Source of the DNA: Candidatus Micrarchaeota archaeon | GTDB lineage: Archaea > Micrarchaeota > Micrarchaeia > Anstonellales > JAHKLY01 | Assembly (NCBI GenBank): GCA_020854825.1 | Contig: JAHKLY010000007.1 | Coordinates: 1 to 11,934, forward strand | Direction: 5' to 3' | DNA: 11,934 nucleotides | Notes under the pieces: generated by a model | Databases searched by the model: none | What the model saw: only the letters and a program-made list of their open reading frames with translations | Told to the model about the DNA's origin: nothing | Translations under genes and position numbers: made by a program | In this document: positions 1 through 6,065 of the stretch, piece after piece | How the letters are laid out: each line of letters begins with the position of its first letter | How positions within the stretch are numbered: position 1 is the first letter of the stretch

Positions 1-228
1 ACTCTTATCCTAGGCAACAACCAAATCTCAGACATTAGCGCACTCTCCACCCTCACAAACTTACAACAACTTTACCTAAACAACAACCAAATCTCAGACA
101 TAAGCGCACTCTCCACCCTCACAAACTTAAATTATCTTGACCTAAACAACAACCAAATCTCAAACATTAGCACACTCTCCACCCTCTCAAACTTAAATTG
201 GCTTTACCTACGGGACAACCAAATCTCA
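1..228 (+). repeat. 66-bp tandem LRR-coding repeats, module 1 (4 units, first one partial)
   Basis: Recurrent scaffold aac caa atc tca (g/a)ac at(t/a) agc (g/a)ca ctc tcc acc ctc (a/t)ca aac tta at 66-nt spacing. Confidence 0.95.
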
Positions 229-3200
229 ACAAATCCCTTATGTCCTGCATCTGCTGAGCAAAATGCAACTTACGAAACATTAGAAGGTTATGGATGTTCA
301 ATCAATTGGGATTCACAATCCGAAGCAATTTGTGATGACGCTTGTGATAATGATGAAGATGGATTAGTGGATTGTGATGACAGCGATTGTGATGAAGATG
401 AGGCGTGTGAAGAAGAATGCACTCCAATCTCAATCCCTGACTCAGGCTTATTAAATGCAGTTTGTTCTGCATTAGGAGAAGACCCGGGATGCACAGTTAC
501 AGACTGCGATGCATTAACATTAACTGAACTATGGGCGAAGGATAGAGAAATCTCAGATTTAACAGGAATAGAATATTTCACAAACTTAAATACTCTTATC
601 CTAGGCAACAACCAAATCTCAAACATTAGCGCACTCTCCACCCTCTCAAACTTAAATTTTCTTTACCTATACAGCAACCAAATCTCAGACATAAGCGCAC
701 TCTCCACCCTCACAAACTTACAAGGTCTTTCCCTATGGGACAACCAAATCTCAGACATAAGCGCACTCTCCACCCTCACAAACTTAAATACTCTTGAACT
801 AGGCGGCAACAAAATCTCAGACATAAGCGCACTCTCCGGCCTCTCAAACTTAACTAAACTTTACTTAGGATCTAATCAGATTTCAATAAATCCAGAATGT
901 CCTGCGTCAGCTGTTCAACTAAGTATTAAAGCAGTATTAGAAGTATTGGGATGTTATGTTGATTGGTCTTCACAATCCGAAGCAATTTGTGATGATGGTT
1001 GTGATAATGATGAAGATAGATTAGTGGATTGTGATGACAGCGATTGTGATGAAGATAAAGCGCCTTTAGAATGTGCATTTACTGCATTGTGTCCAGATTG
1101 TGAAGTATGTGCAGGTGAACCAATGGGTTGTGATAAATTTGGAGCCACACCAGAAGAATGTAATGTACAATTAGGATGTGAACTAGTCCAGGAAAGCGTT
1201 TGCATATTAGGTGTAGATTGCGGTTCTTATGGAGAAGAGAGTGCATGTACAAAAGGAGGATGTTGTGATTGGGTGGATGTTAAAGGACAATGGCAATGTA
1301 CACAAAATTTTGATTGTAGTATTTATCAAAATGGACAGCAATGCTCTGGAAATCCATGCTGTTTATGGACATTAGGTTCTCCAGTTTGTAGTGGAACACC
1401 TGTTGCATGCGAAGACAGAGCCAAAGAAGAGTGTATTCTTGGCTGTTTAGTAGGTGGATATACAGATGACGAATCAGTAACATGTTATTCTGATAATGAG
1501 TGTTCAGTTTCTTGTGAAGTTGAAGAAGAAGTTGTATGCGAAGATAATAGTGTGTGTAAAATAGTTGCTTGTGACTCTGGAGAAAATTGTGATGAGTTTA
1601 TATTTGAAGATGCTTGTGGAAATGGAACTTGTAGCGATGAAGAATATGATATTACTATGTATTGCGGAGTTAATACAAACAGACTCCAATGCAGTGAGTA
1701 TGCAATAAATAATTTGATATACGCACATGGTGATGGAGTATGTGTTTTATTATATCATAACCAAGTAGGGATGAATAGCAATGAATTTTTAAATTATTGT
1801 GATTTTATTGGGGGCGAACGTGAGATTCCAAAAGAAGGTGAATCATTAACAGCAACAATATGTGATTGTGAAACTGAAGAACTTGTTTGTGATGGCTATA
1901 GAATTTGTAATGCTGGCCAAGGGCCAAATGAACAATTCTGCGGTTCAGGAACTTGTGGAGGAATAGAATATGAAGTAAACTCATATTGTCAATTATTTGT
2001 TGATTCTTTAGAAGAATGTGCAGAAGCTGTATTAAACCCAAATGTAATGACAGCATACCCCTATTATAGTGATGGAAATTGTATGATAGCAAATTATGAA
2101 GGTTCTGGTGCAGATGAAAGTCAATTCCAACAAGATTGTGCATTGATGGGTGCAACAACATCGCCAGTTCCTTTATCTGCAACAATGACTGCATGTGATT
2201 GCTCAGTAGACTGCAGTGATCCTGCAAATATTGATAAATTGGAATGTTGTTTTGACCCAACTGATAATTCAACCTTCTATAATAGGGTGTCAGTAGTAAA
2301 TAATATATTATACTTAATACAATCTGTTAGATTATGTGAAGGCGACTTTTACTTGCCAGCTCATGATGATTGGTATTATAATTCATACGGCCAACCCACC
2401 CCACCAAATGGGGAAGGTTTTGCGATTATAATGTCTGCAGAAGATGTGATATTATATGGGCCTCAATCCGGACCAGCAGTAATGAGAGGAAATAATACAG
2501 GGGTTGGTATTTGGATGCATGGTTCAAACAATATTATTGATGGGAATAATAATCTAATAATACAAGATTATTCAACTGCAATATTGGCAGAATCAATAAT
2601 AAGTAATCCTTTTGAATATAATATTAAGAATTTAATAATAAATGATGTTGCTAAAGGAATTCATATAAGGCCAAATCTTTTACTTATGCAACAAAGCCAG
2701 GTGACATACGGCAATATACAAAATGTTAATATAGACGGAACCTGTGGTACTGGAATTAAATTTGAACAAGCAAGCTTCAATAATGAGTTATTTGGTTTAA
2801 CAAAAGGGACAATTGAAAATTGTGAGATGGAATGCAACCAGCCTTATACAGGATTTAATGCAGATGTAAGAAATGTAATTTTAATAGCTAAAGACTCATT
2901 AGAAGTATTAAATGGAAATGATGCATTAATGACTACAAAACGAAAGGATGAAAATGTAGGGATTGAAGGCAATTTACAATATAATTCTGTGAATATAAAA
3001 ATTGATCCTGCTCAAAAAGCCCAATACGAACAAGGAAAAATTTTAAAATTTGAAGAGCCAGTAGATTTCATTAGAGGGGATTCAGGCAATTCATTATCAA
3101 TCAAAGAAAAAGAAACAGGAGTATATGGTATTGCATGGAAATCAGATTTGATAAACATAAGTAAAAACTTGCCAATGAACGCAGTTAATTTTGATAATAA

Positions 3201-4956
3201 ATTTATTTCTCTTGATTCACAGGAGATTCTAGAATATATTGAAGAGAAAACTATTGAAGTAACATTAGAATTAACTTCAGATATGGAATGTTCAAAGGCC
3301 ATAGTCTATAAATCCTCATCACATGTTGAGAATAGAGAAGCTATATTAACAGACATAAATAAAGAAGCAGTAATAAGAAATGGCCAATCAACAGTTGATT
3401 ATATCACAGTAACTTCTTGTGTTGATCCTGTATTGTTTGATCCTCAAGGAAATGATATAATTAATGGATATATTGTTTTTGAAGTAATGAACGGCCAATG
3501 GAGTTCATATACAGTCGCACAAGAGGGAGTTCCGGAGATTATAAGTATTGAAATAACACCGCAAGAGCCGACAAAAGACGATGATTTAGTTTGCACAGCC
3601 ATAGCTGTGAGTGATGAAGTAGACGAATTAAACGTAACGTTTACTTGGACAGAAGAAGGTGCGCCTTTCTCAATATCTGAAAATACAATTTCTTGTGAAT
3701 CTGGAGAAGAATGCACTGATACACTTTCTTCAGATGAAACATATTCAGACCAAGTATGGACCTGTACAGTAATTGCTTTTGATGGCGAAGAATATTCAAG
3801 TGAAGAATCAGATACAGTAACAATTCATATGGGTGAATTACCAGATGAAATCTGCGATGATGGCATTGATAATGATGGGGATGGTTTAGTAGACTGTGAA
3901 GACCCAGATTGTGATAATGAAACTTGTGATATTGGAAAAGTATGTATTAATTATGAATGTATATCTCCTACATCTCCATCAAGACCTTCACCTACTCCTT
4001 CAAATCCTAATTTAGAAATTGATACAATTGGGGAATATTGTGTTGGTGAAGAAATAACTTTTATAATAACTGATGAGTATAGTGATTTAATATCAACAGC
4101 AAAAATAGAGGAATCAAAAGTAAAATTAGGAACATTAGGATACACAAATTCAATTGGAGAATTTAGATATATATTTGAAAACACAGGAAATTACAGGATA
4201 GATGTATATAAATCAAGATATAATCCTGCATATCAATATATTTCAGTATCTGATTGTACAGGTTATTGTACTAGCAATAATGACTGTTTAACAGGATATT
4301 ATTGTGATGGAACGCAGTGTGTTGAATTAGAATGTTTACCTGGATTTACAGTATCAGGACATTCATGTGTTGCTCCTAAAGAATGTCAAACAGACAGTAA
4401 TTGTAAGCATGATCAATATTGTTCAGATGAAGGGTATTGTGAAATAGTTGAATGTGATTGCGGATATATAGCAGATCATCAATGTAATGAATATGAATGT
4501 TGTTCTGATATAGATTGCAAAGTGCCTATAGAATTATGTGTTAATAATGTTTGTACCCCAGTAAGTGATGATATAATAGAACAAACAGAAGGATCAAAAG
4601 AAGATTCAGCAATTGAGAGATTTGAGAAAAAACTATTGAATATAAAATCAAAATTAGGAGAATTATATATATTAATTGAGGAAGCAAAAATTACCGGACA
4701 AAATATAGATGAAATGCAAGAATTATTAGAACAAGCAAGAGCTTATGTATTACAAGGAGATTTTGAAAACGCAGAATTAACAATACAAAAAGCAAAATTC
4801 CAAGTAGAGGGTGAAGATAAAGATACAAGAATTGTGTATTTAGCATTATTGATAATTGTATTATTAATTTCAATGATGGTTTGGCACAATAAAACAAAAG
4901 CAGCAAATCATATAAAAACAAAAAATACTAAGAAAAAAACAAGAAAGAAAAGATAA
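1..4956 (+). CDS. Giant membrane-anchored surface protein (5'-truncated, >=1651 aa): tandem internalin-like LRR modules, Cys/Asp-rich CDDGxDNDxDGLVDC motifs, Cys-rich repeats, probable beta-helix and Ig-like domains, coiled coil, C-terminal TM helix and basic tail
   Basis: Frame +1 is open from base 1 (TLILGNNQISDISALSTLTNL...) into the listed ORF, so GTG 367 is an internal Val. 22-aa LRRs of the form LxxLxLxxNQISDISALSxLxN. C-terminal IVYLALLIIVLLISMMVW followed by a Lys/Arg-rich tail. Stop TAA at 4954-4956. Domain names come from motif recognition, not a database search. Confidence 0.9.
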   Translation, partial: TLILGNNQISDISALSTLTNLQQLYLNNNQISDISALSTLTNLNYLDLNNNQISNISTLSTLSNLNWLYLRDNQISTNPLCPASAEQNATYETLEGYGCSINWDSQSEAICDDACDNDEDGLVDCDDSDCDEDEACEEECTPISIPDSGLLNAVCSALGEDPGCTVTDCDALTLTELWAKDREISDLTGIEYFTNLNTLILGNNQISNISALSTLSNLNFLYLYSNQISDISALSTLTNLQGLSLWDNQISDISALSTLTNLNTLELGGNKISDISALSGLSNLTKLYLGSNQISINPECPASAVQLSIKAVLEVLGCYVDWSSQSEAICDDGCDNDEDRLVDCDDSDCDEDKAPLECAFTALCPDCEVCAGEPMGCDKFGATPEECNVQLGCELVQESVCILGVDCGSYGEESACTKGGCCDWVDVKGQWQCTQNFDCSIYQNGQQCSGNPCCLWTLGSPVCSGTPVACEDRAKEECILGCLVGGYTDDESVTCYSDNECSVSCEVEEEVVCEDNSVCKIVACDSGENCDEFIFEDACGNGTCSDEEYDITMYCGVNTNRLQCSEYAINNLIYAHGDGVCVLLYHNQVGMNSNEFLNYCDFIGGEREIPKEGESLTATICDCETEELVCDGYRICNAGQGPNEQFCGSGTCGGIEYEVNSYCQLFVDSLEECAEAVLNPNVMTAYPYYSDGNCMIANYEGSGADESQFQQDCALMGATTSPVPLSATMTACDCSVDCSDPANIDKLECCFDPTDNSTFYNRVSVVNNILYLIQSVRLCEGDFYLPAHDDWYYNSYGQPTPPNGEGFAIIMSAEDVILYGPQSGPAVMRGNNTGVGIWMHGSNNIIDGNNNLIIQDYSTAILAESIISNPFEYNIKNLIINDVAKGIHIRPNLLLMQQSQVTYGNIQNVNIDGTCGTGIKFEQASFNNELFGLTKGTIENCEMECNQPYTGFNADVRNVILIAKDSLEVLNGNDALMTTKRKDENVGIEGNLQYNSVNIKIDPAQKAQYEQGKILKFEEPVDFIRGDSGNSLSIKEKETGVYGIAWKSDLINISKNLPMNAVNFDNKFISLDSQEILEYIEEKTIEVTLELTSDMECSKAIVYKSSSHVENREAILTDINKEAVIRNGQSTVDYITVTSCVDPVLFDPQGNDIINGYIVFEVMNGQWSSYTVAQEGVPEIISIEITPQEPTKDDDLVCTAIAVSDEVDELNVTFTWTEEGAPFSISENTISCESGEECTDTLSSDETYSDQVWTCTVIAFDGEEYSSEESDTVTIHMGELPDEICDDGIDNDGDGLVDCEDPDCDNETCDIGKVCINYECISPTSPSRPSPTPSNPNLEIDTIGEYCVGEEITFIITDEYSDLISTAKIEESKVKLGTLGYTNSIGEFRYIFENTGNYRIDVYKSRYNPAYQYISVSDCTGYCTSNNDCLTGYYCDGTQCVELECLPGFTVSGHSCVAPKECQTDSNCKHDQYCSDEGYCEIVECDCGYIADHQCNEYECCSDIDCKVPIELCVNNVCTPVSDDIIEQTEGSKEDSAIERFEKKLLNIKSKLGELYILIEEAKITGQNIDEMQELLEQARAYVLQGDFENAELTIQKAKFQVEGEDKDTRIVYLALLIIVLLISMMVWHNKTKAANHIKTKNTKKKTRKKR
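313..1056 (+). repeat. 87-bp direct repeat closing each LRR module (313-399 and 970-1056)
   Basis: Encodes SQSEAICDDxCDNDEDxLVDCDDSDCDED. Three mismatches in 87 nt by manual comparison. Confidence 0.92.
580..885 (+). repeat. 66-bp tandem LRR-coding repeats, module 2 (5 units)
   Basis: Same scaffold as module 1. Bases 592-621 are identical to 1-30. The last unit is diverged at synonymous sites. Confidence 0.95.
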
Positions 4957-4965
4957 ACAACTAAT

Positions 4966-5001
4966 TTGGATATTTTAAATATCCAATCTCTCTTTATTTT
5001 T
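4966..5001 (+). terminator. Hairpin plus T-rich tract after the LRR gene
   Basis: TTGGATATT-tta-AATATCCAA (4966-4986) followed by TCTCTCTTTATTTTT, starting 10 nt after the stop codon. Confidence 0.55.
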
Positions 5002-5048
5002 ATTAATTTCTAGATAATTTAAAATATAAAAAATGCAGGGGACGTGAT

Positions 5049-5112
5049 TTATTCTTCCTGTTTTTTCTTTTTAGTACAGGTTTTTCTTTTTTCTTAAAAA
5101 AGAAAAAAGTGT
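5049..5112 (-). other. tRNA-Leu intron 2 (64 nt, T-loop position 58/59)
   Basis: Central helix GTTC/GAAT with AAA bulges on both sides (relaxed BHB). Removal restores T-loop TTCAAAT. The exact register is inferred from BHB geometry because AAA occurs at both ends. Confidence 0.8.
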
Positions 5113-5159
5113 TTGAACACGCGAAGGCACTAAGCCACAGGGTCCTAAGCCCTGCCCGT

Positions 5160-5225
5160 TTAGCCAACCAATTTCCTAGTTCTTTTTTTTCTAGGTTTTC
5201 TTTTCTTTCAAGAAAAGAAAGGCTA
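5160..5225 (-). other. tRNA-Leu intron 1 (66 nt, D-loop position 21/22)
   Basis: BHB-like junction: central helix GGTC/GGCT, 3-nt bulges AAT and AAA, intron-side helix AGCC/GGTT. Cutting after the second bulge nucleotide on each side restores GGTCAAACGG. Confidence 0.85.
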
Positions 5226-5351
5226 TTGACCACTCCGGCACCCCTGCAATTAAATGTGAGTGGGAGTCATAAAACAAAGTTTTATTCAACCCCTGCGAAC
5301 ACTAAGTGTATAAATAATAATCGAAAAAGATAAAAAACAAGATGCAAGTGA

Positions 5352-5504
5352 TTACTTGACTGTTTTAAGGTCTTTTTTCTTTGGTCTCAGGTATGTGTAT
5401 CCGCATTTTCTGCATTTTTTAGCTCCTTTTTTATTTCTAGCTTTGCATTTTTTGCATATCCATATTTTTATTATTTGTGCATCTGCTTCTGGAAATTTTC
5501 CCAT
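5352..5504 (-). CDS. rpl40e: 50S ribosomal protein L40e (eL40), 50 aa
   Basis: Manual translation [50 protein letters not shown], with the C-x2-C-x-ARN...KCRKCG..LRPK zinc-ribbon signature of archaeal L40e. Shorter than any ORF in the track. Confidence 0.95.
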   Translation of the reverse strand: MGKFPEADAQIIKIWICKKCKARNKKGAKKCRKCGYTYLRPKKKDLKTVK

Positions 5505-5507
5505 AAT

Positions 5508-5514
5508 ATCACCT
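5508..5514 (-). promoter_or_regulatory. Archaeal Shine-Dalgarno site of rpl40e
   Basis: AGGTGAT on the minus strand, 3 nt upstream of the ATG. Confidence 0.75.
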
Positions 5515-5741
5515 AAACATAATTTTATAAGTAAATTTATATATTAATTGTGTAAAGAACCATATTTAAACATTATGTTTTATAAAAATAATGTATTTTA
5601 GTCAGTTATATGTATAAAATAAGGTATGTTGTTTATATACCTAGTTTAAGTAAGTATGAATCTTACAGTCTTCGTCGTTTTGTAAATCAAAACGCTTTTG
5701 ACATCTATCTTTAATGGGCAGTTGTCAAATAAAGTGTGACA

Positions 5742-5828
5742 TTGATGTCAAATATTTGAATATATAATATTCAAATGCCTTTGACATTTTTGATGTCAAA
5801 TATTTGAATATATAATATTCAAATGCCT
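5742..5828 (+). repeat. 39-bp perfect direct repeat (5742-5780 and 5790-5828) built from palindromes and ending in the first 4 nt of tRNA-Thr
   Basis: TTGATGTCAAATATTTGAATATATAATATTCAAATGCCT occurs twice with period 48. Each copy is also preceded by TGACA. Confidence 0.92.
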
Positions 5829-5860
5829 CGGTAGCTCAGAGGTAGAGCGATCGCCTTGTA

Positions 5861-5923
5861 AGCACCTTTTCTTTGGAAAGAAAAGTTGCACCAAAAGAAA
5901 TTTTAATTCTCTTTTGATAGGAA
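5861..5923 (+). other. tRNA-Thr intron 1 (63 nt, canonical position 37/38)
   Basis: Central helix CTTG(32-35)/TAGG(5918-5921) with bulges TAA and AAA. Confidence 0.85.
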
Positions 5924-5944
5924 AGCGATAGGTCGGGGGTTCAA

Positions 5945-6042
5945 TTGGCCTTTTTCTTTCTTTTGAGAAAAGAAAGAAAAACCTCAACGAAAAAGAAAGA
6001 AAATGAGGTTTCTTAAAAAAAGGAAGAAGTAGATAAGAACAA
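5945..6042 (+). other. tRNA-Thr intron 2 (98 nt, T-loop position 58/59)
   Basis: Perfect central helix GTTC(5939-5942)/GAAC(6037-6040) with AAT bulges on both sides. Removal restores T-loop TTCAATT. Confidence 0.85.
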
Positions 6043-6065
6043 TTCCCTCCCGGGGCTTTTTATTT

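Larger units (their letters stand above)
5034..5247 (-). tRNA. tRNA-Leu(TAG) with two introns at 21/22 and 58/59; exons 5247-5226, 5159-5113, 5048-5034
   Basis: Spliced 84-mer GCAGGGGTGCCGGAGTGGTCAA|ACGGGCAGGGCTTAGGACCCTGTGGCTTAGTGCCTTCGCGTGTTCAA|ATCACGTCCCCTGCA folds as a cloverleaf: acceptor GCAGGGG/CCCCTGC, anticodon stem CAGGG/CCCTG with TAG, long variable arm, T stem GCGTG/CACGT, discriminator A. No encoded CCA. Followed by an oligo-T tract. Confidence 0.93.
5825..6057 (+). tRNA. tRNA-Thr(TGT) with two introns at 37/38 and 58/59; exons 5825-5860, 5924-5944, 6043-6057
   Basis: Spliced GCCTCGGTAGCTCAGAGGTAGAGCGATCGCCTTGTA|AGCGATAGGTCGGGGGTTCAA|TTCCCTCCCGGGGCT: acceptor GCCTCGG/CCGGGGC, D stem GCTC/GAGC, anticodon stem ATCGC/GCGAT with TGT, T stem GGGGG/CCCTC, discriminator U as in archaeal tRNA-Thr. 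No CCA. Followed by a T tract. Confidence 0.93.

Noticed and set aside
367-369. GTG 367 (and ATG 11325) as true start codons
   Set aside because: Both frames stay open to the window edge and encode the same kinds of modules upstream.
1-885. 66-bp periodic repeats as a CRISPR array
   Set aside because: They are in frame and encode canonical LRRs, and the variable parts retain fixed Leu codons.
288-4921. Short minus-strand ORFs inside the LRR gene
   Set aside because: Antisense shadows of a long coding frame with no recognisable motifs.
5003-5333. ORFs 5003..5233 (-) and 5109..5333 (+)
   Set aside because: They overlap the intron-containing tRNA-Leu. Their low-complexity F/K/R content comes from the intron tracts.
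5356-5547. ORF 5356..5547 (+)
   Set aside because: Antisense shadow of rpl40e, which has the family motif and an SD site.
5737-5828. 39-bp palindromic repeat as a CRISPR array
   Set aside because: Only two copies separated by 9 nt, with no spacer-sized unique sequence and no cas genes in the window.
5796-5987. ORF 5796..5987 (-), or an intron-encoded protein
   Set aside because: Antisense to tRNA-Thr. The introns (63-98 nt) are too short to encode a homing endonuclease.
5034-6057. tRNAs as attachment sites of an integrated element, or as split/permuted tRNAs
   Set aside because: No integrase and no duplicated tRNA 3' end were seen in the window. All exons are collinear in normal order, so cis-splicing is sufficient.
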